From: Lama glama
Taxonomy: Eukaryota
Length of the DNA: 64,000 bases
Assembly (NCBI GenBank): GCA_028534125.1
Contig: CM052837.1
Coordinates: forward strand, 37,696,001 to 37,760,000
Direction: 5' to 3'
Position numbers and translations under genes: made by a program. Each line of letters starts with the position of its first letter. Positions within the stretch are counted from its first letter, which is position 1. This document shows positions 36,001 to 48,500 of the stretch, piece after piece. The notes beneath the pieces were generated by a model. It saw only the letters and a list, made by a program, of their open reading frames with translations, was not told the DNA's origin and searched no databases.

Positions 36001-39000
36001 ACCCAGCAATTATCCAGTGAACATGCCAACCATGGAAGGGTTGAATTTTAAATGCAAGTGTTGGACACGCACCCTGATTTTTGTAACACAGCTTCAGCAT
36101 TCTTTGTTTCCTAACAGCCTGAAGGCCTCATGGTTGGGAGGTGTCCCACCCACCTGATTACCACCTTGGTGAAGGTCGGGGATGGTCCTGGGCTCACAGC
36201 ACCTCCCCTCCCAGCCAGCTCTGGGCCCTTTTCCAGCAGCCTCCTCCACACCCCCTGCCCTGCCTGTGCTCCTGGGGCTGGGGGGGCCAGGGTCTGTTGG
36301 CCTGCCCCTCTTTCCTTCCAGACTCAGGGATGTCTAGCTTGTAGGGCTGGGGTCGATGTTGTCCCACAGGCCTCTGGCTGGACACTGGGTTGCCTTGCCT
36401 GGATGTGTCTAGGACTCTGGAGGTGTGTGTGGTGTGGTGGGGATCAGGTAGGTAGGGGGACATGGGCTCTGGGCTCCACGGCATTGTGGATAGTCACACT
36501 GGTGGCCCCTAGTGAGCCCTGTCCCCCGTGTCTGAGACTGGAGGTAGCCCTTCCCACATGTACTGATCTGCACCAGCAAACCTGATGTATCCACCTGCTC
36601 ATTCGCCTGCCTCCTCTGTGCACAACCCTCCATCCACCCACCCACCCAGCCATCCATCCCCTACTTCCCCACCCACACATTCATGCACTCGAGGATGGCA
36701 GAGCTGGGGTGTGGGGAGGTCAGGGCTGTTAATGGGCTCATTGCAGCTTCATCCAGTAGGTTCAAGGCTCTGCTTCTGGGTGTAGTGGGGACTGGAGGTC
36801 TGCACAGGGTCTGGAAGGTTCCAAGCCACTCTAGCCTGCGAAGGCTTGAACTGGGACAGGGCCCAGGGAAGGTGTGGCCTGGGCCCTGGGCAGTGCTGCG
36901 AGGCCTAGCCTGGCTCAGGCCCACTGGCGGGCTGGGCGGTCCTGGGCTAACCAGGCCTACGCCCTGTAGGCCCTGCAGTCAGTGTCCCTCGTGGCTGTCC
37001 CGGTGGGTGTGTCCTCCAGATACCTGCCCGGAACCCCTCAGCCATCGCCGCTGCCTCCCGTCCTTCTGCTTCGCTCACGTTCCCTTCGGGTGCCTCCTGC
37101 TCACTCCAGGGCTGGGACGAGGGTAAGGCCTCAACACCCCCTGTGCCCGCCCCCAGTCCCGTTCTCCCTTGGAAGCCCAGGGTGGGGCCCGTCCTCACCC
37201 AGAGGCTTTCACCAGTGAGGCCTCCCCTGTGGGGCGCAAGGCCCAGATCCAGGGTTTGGCTCCAGTCCCGGCCTTGCCCTGGGAACTGCGGGCCCTTGCC
37301 CTCTTCAGCCTTGTCTGCAAGGTGGGACCCGTGCTGTTGGCCCTGCAGGACCCCCACGTAGGGGCTGGACCCGTCTTGCCGCACCCTCATGGGGTTGGTG
37401 TGTTGGGGGAGGGACAGGAGAGCTGGCACCAGGGCCTGTCTTGATGCTGGCTCCGTCCAGGGCTCCGGCTGCCCTTTCTCCTTCTGGGCTTCAGGTTCCC
37501 CGCTGCTGAGAGGGCCCCAGGGCTCTCCTTGACTCCCCCAGGAAGCCGTCCTGTTACATGGGAGTGTGGTGCAGGCTCCAGTGCTGGGTACGGCTGGAAC
37601 CACCCCCGATCAGTGTGTCCTGGGCTGTGGCCTGGGGTCTCAGGACTGAGTCTTGGGGGAGTGTTGTCTTTGAGCCTCAGCACGTGGCCAGCCAGTGCCC
37701 ACCTGCTCCACCAAGCTCCGTTCTCGCTGCGGCGGGGGCTGGACGTTCAGGCAGGGGTGTTTCCCTCTGGGGTCCTGCTGGGGCCTCCCCTCCCCAGAGC
37801 CTTGTTGGCGCTTGTGGCCATGCTCTCATGGCTGCTGTGAGCAGAGGCCGGCAGCCTGGCCTCCCATGGCAACCGCCGAGCCTCACTCCCAGTCCAGGCG
37901 CCTGGGCTGCTTTATCTCCCAGGCCATCTGTTCGGGAGCAGAATTCCAGAGCCGTGTGAACGGAGCCTGGAGCCTCTGCCCTCCTCCTCCTGTGCACACA
38001 CACACACGTACATGCAGGTGAGCGCGACCCCTGCCGGCACGAGGCCTAGAAAAAGGACGAGACCAGAGGGGGCTCCAGTCCAGCCCTCACTTTCTCCTGG
38101 GGCCTGCGGGCCCACCTGCCTCCCTACCTGCCTCCCTCCCCTCTCTGGGCCCCTCCCTCTCTGGCCCCTCCCCTCTGGCTCCTCCCTTTGGGCTGGAAGC
38201 CCTCTGACACCAGCCTGGGATTAGGGGGGATGTGAGGCCTCTAGGAGTCAGACCTTGATGCTGTGCAAGGCTCTTCTCTTCTCTTGGATGTGCTCCCTCC
38301 ACCCCGGCTGCTCCTGGCACCAAGCTGTTCCTAAACCCGCTGAGAGATGCCCGCAGACCCAGGACCACTGGGCTCAAGCCTCCACCTAGAGGCCCGAGGG
38401 CCCCACAACGTGGGCCCAGGGAGTGGCTGCCATCCCCCACGGCCCTGCGCTCAGAACCCAGCAGGCAGCCGCTCTGTGTGACCCCTTGCCCCAGCGGTCC
38501 TGCAGGACAACTCCTTCCAAGGTGCTACCTGCTTCTGGAGCCCTCTCTGGCCTGAGGAAGGCCGGGGGAGGGGAGGGGGATGTGTTGGGCTCTGCGGGCT
38601 CCTGGTGGGGCAGGGTTGGCAGGGGAGCCAGAGGTCAGACCTGAGGGGCTTCTGGGTGCACTGGTGGAGGCTCTACTAAAGCACCACCGGAAGCTGCTGT
38701 CAGCCTGACCTGCCGACGGGCACGAGGCTGAAATGCCCCCCAGCCCGAGTGCCCCGTGGTCCTGGGAGCCCACAACCGGCCCCTGGGGCAGACTCTGCTC
38801 CGGTGTTACCTCAGTCTACTGCGGCGCTGAGGGCTGGGGCCTGTCTGAGTCTCAGCTGGGAACACAGCTGTGGCAGGTGTGTCCGGAGGGCTTTCCTCAG
38901 GGCAGTGCTCAGCACTGATCTGGCTCTGGTCAAGGAGAGGGAGGTGCCACAGCCACACAGGACCGCTGCCCTCAGCAGCCAGAGCTAGTCCTGCGGCTGG

Positions 39001-39749
39001 GGCCTCCCAGGGCCGCTGGGCCGAAGGGAGTGCTCACCTCCAAGGGCTCACAGGTCACCTGGGGTCTTGAGGAAATATGGAGTCTGACTCAGCCATCCAT
39101 GCTCTGGTCCCATCTCAGTCCCACTGTCCCTGAGCACACTTTGAGTCGGGGTGGAGGGGGCAGAAGAGCCCCCGGGCCTTCAGAAAGTGCACTGACTTTG
39201 TCTTACCTGGCTCTGAACTTGCTTTGTGCTTTTGTCGTGTGATGGGTTGTGAGGCCACTTGGTTTTAATAAGGGGAGCAGCACAAGCATTCCTGGACTGC
39301 CCGCGTTGTTACTTTCAGTAATCAGTCTCAACTGACTCTATCCAGAGAATGCCTGTCCCCAAGGGCAGGGCGCCTGGTGGAGTCAGAACTGCTCACGCAG
39401 GAGCCTGGAGTCTGCTGTGCCAGGGGGGAGACTCTTGGGCTTCCTGGAGGTCCAAGGTTGGGAGGCCTGGGGTGTGAGGTGATGGGCTCAGCAAGGACTC
39501 TGGACCAGCCAACTGGGGTGGCCCCATCTGGGGACCCACAAGAAGGTGTCCCTGGCACCTCACTCTGCACAGCAGAAAACTGAGTTGCAGAAGGGTTGGA
39601 TAACTCGATCTAGGTAACTTCTCTGGTAAGTGTATCTGTCACTGCATTGGAGGGACAGTGACAGAAGTGGAGGGGACCTTCCAGTCAACTGTAGAATCCC
39701 TTCCCTGTGTGCCCGTGGTCCACCATCTGCCCCTGATATTCCCCATCCG

Positions 39750-39900
39750 CCCCCTCTGCTTTTTTCCCCTCTCTGCCCCTGTCCTCTCCCCCGTCCTCCC
39801 CCCCTCCACTGCCCTCCCCCTCTCCCCTGTCCTCCCCCCTCCCCTGCCCTACCCCTCTCCCCTGCCCTCCCCCACCTCTCCCCTGCTCTCCTCCTCTCAC
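39750..39900. repeat. C-rich polypyrimidine low-complexity tract
   Basis: Degenerate ctgccctccccctctccc units. Confidence 0.85.
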
Positions 39901-40874
39901 TGCACTCTCACCAGCCTCTCAGCACATTTCCTCCACACCTTGATGTCCTCTAAGCAGGTGACTCACAATTTCTAGTCTGACCTTGGCCCTGAGCACCATG
40001 TCAGGGGACAACAGGCTGTCAATTCCCACAAACCTGCTCTCAGGCCAAACTCTGGAGTCCCGTGTGTCCCTTTCGGGGACTCTCAGCAGCCTGGCCCTTC
40101 CCCCAGCCTCTATCCTAACCTGGCCTTCCGCCTTGGAGCACCCGCTTGTCCATTTCCTGCCCAGCTGTCCTCCCTGGAGGCCTCCCTGCAGGCATGGAAA
40201 CATTTGACCATTTGTTGGTGGTCACAGGGATGTGAGGGGATGGGGGACAGCCCGGGTTCCGTCCAGATTTCTTGCCTCCTGGCTCCGGGACAGTGAAGCC
40301 TGATTCCCCCAGCACCCATCCCTCCAGCTTGCAAGGCAAGCTGGGGGTGTTGTGACTCCCTCTGGCCTGAGTGCATGGTACGCACCACCGTCAGGCTTCA
40401 TTTAAGGATGGGTCTGTGAGGACAGGACCTGGCATTTCCTTTTCTTCCCCCCATGATTCCAGGGACCAGATTTGAGACCTTCTGCTCTAGAGGAATGGGG
40501 GTGGGGTGCTTGGTCCTCCTCTGCCCCTAACCACCTCCCTGGCCTGAGGGAGCCCCACCCAGCCCTATCTCCCAGGCCTCCCAAAGAACCAGTGAGTTTA
40601 GAATTTCTGCTTTAATCTTAGCTGCCACAGGCTGCACCAGCCTCACTTGCTGGGGGGCAGACACCTGCACACAGTCAGCTGAGGATGGGATGGAGACCTC
40701 CTGGGAGGTGACACCTGAGTTGCCTTAGGGGTGAGTGGAGGCTTCCTCCCAGCATCAGGAGAAGCCAGCAGTGTCCAGCCAGGTCTGGTTTATTTCTCCA
40801 AAGGCCCTGTTGGGCACCACAGGTTCCTGGACATGGAGTGGGGTGGGAGGGCTCACCCGGAATGGCCTAACCCA

Positions 40875-40875
<1 letters not shown>

Positions 40876-40911
<36 letters not shown>
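40876..40911. repeat. (CA)18 microsatellite
   Basis: Perfect dinucleotide run. Confidence 0.97.
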
Positions 40912-40918
<7 letters not shown>

Positions 40919-42077
40919 GCGCGCCGCCACCTCCCATGCCCCTTCCTGACCCTCTGTCCCTAAGGGAGCTGGTCCTCTCCTCACCTTCCTTGGCCCATCC
41001 CCCAAAGCTCCACACTTGAGTGGGGATTACCACAAGGGCCTGCCTCCTTGGCAGCCAGTGTTTGTGTTGGGAGGAGGGGCTCCAAAGGCCTAATCCCACC
41101 CCAGTCGTCCTGACTGGCCTGACCAGGTTTTTGGCCTACTTGGTCTAGAGTGACGCGGGGAGAGAGGGGAAGTGGGAGGAAGAAGGGGAGAGGGAAGTCG
41201 GGGAGGAGGGGGGGTGCGGAGGGGAAGGCTCTCTGGGGAGCAAAAGGCCCCTCCCCTCCCTCACTTGTTCGCCTATTAGTGAGAAGGGGCTGTGTCTTTG
41301 CTTCCCCCCCACCTGCAGGCGGGGCTCATTGTCTGGGGCCTGGGGCCCCTTTGTGTGGGGAGGGAGCCTCATTGGCAGGGCATCAATTTGTGTTTATCTG
41401 CTCCCTGGCCCTGATTGGCTGGATGAGAAGGGAGCTTTTCAGGGCCCTGGGACACAGAAGTTCGTGAAGCAACTTTCTGCACCATGAAGTGACCGTGTAT
41501 ACAAGCTTTGGAGTGGAGGTGTGCCCGCCAGCCAGGATGATGCTCTGCGGGACCTTCCTGGGTGCGTACCTCTCTGCTCCCTGCTTCAGCACCCCTCCCC
41601 GGGCCTGTTCACGGGTTTCTGCCAAGACGCCAAAGGGGCTAATTAGCTGTGTGTCCCTACCGCCCTCAGTGCTCTTTTCTGGGCAGCGGAGGAGGTGACA
41701 GACACATGCTCTCTTTAGAGCAAGGCCGGGGCCCTCAGAAACTGGCCTGCTAATCTCCCCTTCCAGACGCTCAAGCCGGTTGCAGAACCCTGTGGAGGCT
41801 GTCCTGTCTGTGGGCCCGCCTCCCAAGACGAGGTGGGGAGGGCGTCTTGAAGGGGTGTTGTGTGACCGGCATGCCCACCTGGGACTTACTGCAGTAAGAG
41901 GCTTTGCTGGGGCCACTGCTCCTTGGGTTTCCATCACATGCAAAGTTGCTCTGTATGTGTGAGAAACATTCAGTGTAATACTGTCCCAATCATATGTGTG
42001 TTTGTGTGTGTAAGTGTTCACACAGTGCCAAAGTGTCGGTGTGTTTGATGTTTTAGCATGAAATAGTCTCTCGATAC

Positions 42078-42080
<3 letters not shown>

Positions 42081-42116
<36 letters not shown>
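42081..42116. repeat. (TG)18 microsatellite
   Basis: Perfect dinucleotide run. Confidence 0.97.
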
Positions 42117-42117
<1 letters not shown>

Positions 42118-42926
42118 CAGGCACACGGAGTCAGTCCAGGGTGCTGGTGAGAGTGGCTCTCGGTTTTGTTTGCTCCATCTGCCAGAGCCTGCCTGGGGCA
42201 GCGCCCCCCCTCGCCCTCAGCTGTTCGTATACAATATTAATGCTGACCATTGCGGCTCCACACACAACGGCCCTAATTGTCGTCTGCAGCTTTAAGGCGG
42301 GCGCNNNNNNNNNNNNNNNNNNNNNNNNNNNNNNNNNNNNNNNNNNNNNNNNNNNNNNNNNNNNNNNNNNNNNNNNNNNNNNNNNNNNNNNNNNNNNNNN
42401 NNNNNNNNNNNNNNNNNNNNNNNNNNNNNNNNNNNNNNNNNNNNNNNNNNNNNNNNNNNNNNNNNNNNNNNNNNNNNNNNNNNNNNNNNNNNNNNNNNNN
42501 NNNNNNNNNNNNNNNGCCCGCCTCCCCAGCTCCCACAAACCTTCCTTAGCAAGTGCTGCAGCTTCCAGTCTGGTTTTGCAAATCTCCCCGTTTCTCCCGT
42601 GTGGCATTTGAGGACCCCCCAGTTAGCAGTTGCTTCCCTATGGATCTTCCCACACTTAAGTCACAGGCAACTTCCCCACAGATTCATTAAATGAAATAAA
42701 CTTAAAGGAACTCTATGCTTAGTTATGGAAAAGGAAGTATTTTATGATTTTTAAGAAACCCTGACTTTCCCCCTGCGTAGGAAAGAAAGTTTTCAGTGAC
42801 AGCTTGCTGCTGTCACTTACCAGAAAGGCTGGGAGCCTTGGTTTCGAGCCGGCTCTCCCCGCCAGGTTCAGTGACTGCCGAGAGCCTGCCATGACTGCAG
42901 AGAACAAAGGCCTCGGCGAACGAGGG

Positions 42927-42947
42927 AGCGCTGTCCAGCGTGCTGAT
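42927..42947 (-). promoter_or_regulatory. REST/NRSF binding site (RE1/NRSE)
   Basis: Minus strand ATCAGCACG-CT-GGACAG-CGCT vs consensus TTCAGCACC-NN-GGACAG-CGCC. Confidence 0.8.
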
Positions 42948-45435
42948 CCGACCCCACCACTCTGGCTGAAGGAAGCCGGCAGACCCTGGAAACTTGCCGG
43001 CTGAGTGCCTTCCCTGCTCCCTTCCTGTGGCTCCTCCTTTGTTCTCTTGACGGCGTTGGAGAAAGATTTTGAACCTTTACTCATCGAAACCTGTCTTCTG
43101 AACAGGCTCTTTCAACTGTGACCCCCTAGTAGGGGCTCCCAGGGCTTCTCTCCAGGCGCTTGAAACAGGCACCCACTTGAAGTTCTGAGCATGTGAATGC
43201 TCCCTGGTTAGCCTCAGGTGGAGTCCAGAGGCCCCATCCCAGACCACTGGGCTACAAGCCTACGGAAACCTGCTGACTGGTGGTGGTGGGGGTTTGGTGT
43301 GGCAAGCACCACAAATGTAACTGTAACGTTACCTGAAAAAACAGCTGTCATCCCGGTCTTTTTGTTGCGTGCACTGACGTTACCTCTGCTCGCTGTTGTT
43401 TCCTGGGTTTGAGTGTCACACATCTGAATTAACTACTTTGAAACACTGGGTATTGTTGGAGAATATGGCTGATTCAGCACCGGCCCTCCCTGTGATTCTA
43501 TCTTCATCTGGAACAATGGTGCTGTCTGCGCCTGCAGCCTGCCGATAAGAGTTTAATAGAGTTTCTGAATGCCAAAGGTTTGGGATGTAAAATATCCCAG
43601 CACTTGCAGCGTGTCCAGAGGAGACAGAAAATGGCTTTCAGGAAAGCTCTTAACTGAACACTCTCCCTGTGCTGGTGGGTGTAGGCTTAGGGGAGAGTGA
43701 GGACAATGTTCCGCAGCCATCGCGTGGCCCAAGCTGCTCTCATCTGGCTGATTAATCTTGCATCCTCAGTTTGACCAGTGAGGGCTTGCCTTTATTTCCT
43801 TTTGCTCAAGCTGAGAGATCGCTCCGAGTATAGTTTGTATTTCACTTGTGGATAATAGCGTGTATGTATAAAGACTGAACATCTCTCCTTTTAGGACGAA
43901 GCTCGTTGGCTCACTTGTAATGTGGGCAGCAGCTCTGGAAGTTAGAAACAGTTGGTTGTGGAAGAGTTTAGCTGATCTTCAAAACTTGCTCTCTTAAAGA
44001 AAGCTAAATGTTTCAGTTCTGTCTCGTGTGCTTGTGGTGGCCTGAGCCCTTTAGCTTTAATTAACTTGGCGGTGCTGTGTTCATGCATAACTTACCAAGG
44101 AGTGATACTTACTGTCTGCTGCAATCTCTGCTCTGAATTCTGGGCCAGGAGTCATGCTGGCCCGTGACAGTCCATTCTTTGCAGGTGTTTGAAATTCAGC
44201 TTGTGTCATGTTTCATAGAACAGCTTCTGACAACCTGAGTACGGTAATGGACAAGTGTTTGCCTGCTTTATCAGTAAGAAGAAGGAATTTGAACAGTAAG
44301 CCAGAATACCCTGGCTCCTGGGTGTGCCTACTGAGGACATTTCTGCATTTGTCCCTGAATGTAGAAAAAAATCACAAGCCAACGCCAAAGAAAGCAGACA
44401 GCGGGCTGCGTGGAGAGTGGGTGGGCACTGCTATTGTGTGTTACAGACTTTCGCCTCTTGACTTTCACTGGCTAGCTCCTCACAGGCAGTTTGAAAAAGA
44501 CTCAGAAAGACAGGGAGCTGAGTGGTGTGCATCCCTCTGGCTGGGATAAGCGTAGTGGTTTCCAGGTGTAGGATCTTGTGGCTTCAGGAGGGCTCAAGCC
44601 CTCTTTGAGAGGGTTTTATTATTTTAAGACTTGAAACAAAAAGGAAACATGTGATAAAAGAAAGTATCTTGCAGAGTATCTTCTCCTGATCTATTATTTG
44701 TGTGTGTGACTTCTATTTATTTGTTTCTTGGTCTGTGGCCATAGGTACCTTTTACACACTTAAAAAACACGTACGTACATACTTACCCATTTAAGTCACT
44801 GATACTTGAATATGCAGACGAGCCACTGTGTGACCCTCCTGGCTCATCTGAGTAATAAATTCTGCAATCCGTTTTTTATGACGGTAGGTCGTATTCCCAA
44901 CCACCAATAAATATTGTGAAGTACTTTCGCTGCAGCCGTGCTAACCCAGGGCATCTGTCATTCCGGTCGCTGCTATTAGGAATTATTGGACTGAACCACT
45001 GGTGGAGAAAGCAGAGGGGGGGTGAGCTTGGTGGTTGTGACGCTCTCTGCCCTTCTGTGTGTTTTGCAGTAAAAAAACCAAACCGTGCTGCATATTAATT
45101 ATGAATCCGTGTGGGCAAATGCAGGCACCTTCTGTTGGCTGAGGCTTGGAGCAGGAGACAGAGGCTGGGCTGGCCTGGGCACCTNNNNNNNNNNNNNNNN
45201 NNNNNNNNNNNNNNNNNNNNNNNNNNNNNNNNNNNNNNNNNNNNNNNNNNNNNNNNNNNNNNNNNNNNNNNNNNNNNNNNNNNNNNNNNNNNNNNNNNNN
45301 NNNNNNNNNNNNNNNNNNNNNNNNNNNNNNNNNNNNNNNNNNNNNNNNNNNNNNNNNNNNNNNNNNNNNNNNNNNNNNNNNNNNNNNNNNNNNNNNNNNN
45401 NNNNNNNNNNNNNNNNNNNNNNNNNNNNNNNNNNN

Positions 45436-45568
45436 CCACATGTGACCGCTGGGAGGGAGGCAGCTGCCTCGCCTCTCCACCCCGTCCACCCTGCACCCCC
45501 ATGTAAATTTCATGATTGCTTTCCGTGATGTCATTTTGAAGGAGGACAGACAATAGCTGTGGGGAAAG
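45436..45568 (+). other. 3' part of a probable non-coding 5' leader exon of MYT1 (start lost in gap 45185-45435)
   Basis: Ends in perfect donor AAG|GTAAGT at 45568/45569; lies in repeat-poor, AT-richer sequence with homeobox/POU-like motifs upstream (CATATTAATTATGAAT); assignment to MYT1 is by synteny only. Confidence 0.5.
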
Positions 45569-48500
45569 GTAAGTCAATGTTACGTTCTTTCGCTGACAAA
45601 GGCAGCCATCCAGAGCTTGGCTTTTCCCCTCGGACGGAGATGGGGAGAGGGCGTGAGCAGAGCTGATTTCTAAGATGAAGGCTTTCTTTGCTGGAAAAGC
45701 AGGTCTGGGGATGGCTTTTTAAAGCCGCTCTGTTGGACTGGGGATTTTTCTTCTCCTGGGTCTGCCTGTGGCTGTTTTCCTTGGCTTCCTCTGTCCGTCT
45801 CTGGCTTGTTCACGCGCTTGGCCTCTCTGAGTGTCCAGTGGGTACACTGTGCGTCTGACAGAAAAGACATTTGGGGACCTTGTGTCGAGATGAGAAACTT
45901 TATGTGCATTTCTGGAAGAGGAGCACAGACATAGCTGCAGCCGTGGGACCCAGCAGCTATGTGCTCGGGGAAAACACTGGCTCCTTAAAGTGGAAGACCT
46001 CTCAGGAGCGGGGAACGCAGAGTCAGTACCGCGTGGGCGACCCCCACCCGAGACACGGCGTAGAGATGGTCATGTGAGCGCTCTGTCTGTGCGTGTCACG
46101 TATTTCTAAACTTAAGGAGCAGCATCTAGGCTGCGTGTGTCTGAGGAATAGACGCACTGAACTCAGTATCGCTGCTCCTCGGGCTCCTTCTCCTGCTGTG
46201 TGATCGGGGTCACAAGCGTGGTTGTTTATGGAATTAGTGTAACTGGGTCTTCATATTTAAAACTAGAAATCAGATTTAGCCAAGAAGTCAGTGTGAGCTT
46301 TGAACGATGTGATGCTGTTGGCCGTAGGGTGATGTGCTCTGGGGCCGTGGACTTTGTCTGCTGGGTTCACTTTCCTCTTTGTGAATCAGGAAAATAAACG
46401 AGCTGGCGGTGGCTCTTGGGTTGCGGTGCGGTGGGTCCTCGTCATGAGAGCTGCTCTTTCTGAGTCACCCAGGGCTCTCTGGTCTCAGCATCACCTCTGC
46501 ACCAGTGGATGCCATTGGCTGGTAAAGTTGGGCTTTAATTTCTGAAACAACCTCCGAGTGGTAGGCCTGGAAGCGGGATGTGGGCTTGGTCCTGGGCCGT
46601 CTGACGAGGCCGTTACAATGGCGATAATGACGGCGATTATTATCATTATCCTTTTGGGGAAGGGGGATGAGGAATTTTGCCCCAGTGGTTAAAAAAAAAA
46701 TCAAAGAGACCTGAGGACATCTGTGAGGCTAGCGGCGGAGTGAACAAAAGGCAGGAGAGTGCTGGGCAAACCCAGAGGAAGTGAACCCTCAGCCTTGGTG
46801 CGAGAGGACGTACTTGGACTCTGCCTCCTCCAGATGCTGGCATGGCCTGCCCTGCCCTTGCTCTGGCCCAGGGAGGCCCAGGCTCCTCACCATCGGGGGG
46901 GGGGGGGCTCCCCTCCCATTGGTCCTTGGCTGTGATTTTCACCTCCTTCCATATGGCTCTGCTAATTAATGGTAAACAAAAGAGAGAGGGAGCAGGGATT
47001 GGAGTTTTGTGGTACCAGAGGGGAGGGTGTCACCAACAGGGCTGGACCCAGGGCTGTTTGCTATGCAGAGGAGGCCAGCTTAGGGCTTACAGGGCAGTTT
47101 GTTTGCAAAGAGAAGGGGGCAGCTTCATGGACCCTTCTGTCCCGTGGGGCTGGAGACTGAGGCCCCTGCAGGGTGTCCTTACCTCCTGGGAACTTGGTTA
47201 GCACTGGAACTCACAGGGATGTCTGCTGGTCCAGGGGGCTGAGCAGGGGCCTTGGAGAGTTGGATAGGAAGGCCTTCAATCTTGGAACCCCCTGGGTTTT
47301 GACCCTTTTGGACCATGGACCCAGACATGGGCCGGGGAGCTCACCAAGGGCAGGGGGTTTCTTCTGTCTAAAGTGTAACCCAGGGGGCCTATGTGACCCT
47401 CAGGCATTGCCCATAGGTCTGGAGGCAGCTCAGATAGTCAGAGCCAATGCCCCAGACCATCTCGGAAGATTCTGATTAAGGCAACAGTCACCCATTGCCG
47501 TGAACACGCTCGGTGCCTCAGGGAGGAGGACCTGCTCTGAGATGACCCCATGCGGTGGGCAGAGCCTTTGGGGTGCAAAGTTGCTCTGTCCCTGCGGTCA
47601 TGGCCGCTTGTACTGGAAAGCCCTATCACTGCCCAGTGGCATCAGGGAGAGGCTGGCAGAGTGTATGCTGACACAGGAGTGTTCTCAGACGCATTCCAGG
47701 CAACTGACCTACAGCAGTGCCCCTTCTGGCTGAAGCGAGACCTGTCCCCCCTTGGCTGTGGTGGACGCTCTCCCTGGTGCTGCCCAGAACCAGGGCCCCT
47801 TCTCCCTGGGCCTTACTGTCCGCCTCTGGCCTGGGGTCGCCAAATGTGGCCATGAGGACATGGATGACTCTGGGTGAAGCGGGTGGTGCATGTGAGGTGG
47901 GGGCAGAAGGACCTGTACTAACTCTGGGAGTTGGGTTGGGGAGCCCAGGGGCTGTGTGCCGCCCCTTCCTGTGGTGGTGCCCAGGCCTGGGTGACGGCCG
48001 CACAGGTTGGATGCTGCTTTGCACGGACCAACACTGCAGACTGACAAGTGCCTCTGGTCCTTGCACAGCTGCTCTGAGGGCAGTGGGCAGGCTGGTGCGG
48101 GCTGGGCTCCTCCTGAAAGCAAGAGGCACTTCTGCTGTGGGGAAAAGAGAGCGAGGAGGGCTGGGAAGGGGACCAGGAGCAACCAGAACTCCTTGGTGGG
48201 CACTGGGCCCTAAGTGGACAGAGGCAGGGAACTGGCTGCCAGGTGGGCAGGGGCTGCCTGGTCACCTGACCCTCGGACCGGCAGGGCACCGAGCGACCAC
48301 TCAGACTTGCATGTTAGAGAGGTCAATGCTGTGCCAGTCCAGCCCTCGGACACCCACTCCAGATCTGCTTTTTGTTGGCTTTTATCTGGTGGAGAGCTGG
48401 CCTGGGAGCCAGGAAGGGGCTGGCCCAGAGGGCCCTCCCCCGACTCCCTCCACTCCCACCAGCTCCTAGATCCTCCCATCTGCTTCTTCCTTGTGAACTC

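Larger units (their letters stand above)
41380..42960 (+). promoter_or_regulatory. Promoter-like regulatory block, probably an upstream MYT1 promoter; core hidden in gap 42305-42515
   Basis: NF-Y box CTGATTGGCT 41411-41420, TAAT motifs, GC/CpG-rich gap flanks (TTTAAGGCGGGCGC...GCCCGCC), RE1 at 42927-42947; synteny. Confidence 0.45.

Noticed and set aside
35129-36100. 323-aa minus-strand ORF
   Set aside because: No homology or motif recognised; stop-poor because of high GC
43472-43490. RE1 left half TTCAGCACC (also at ~41585)
   Set aside because: No accompanying GGACAG half-site
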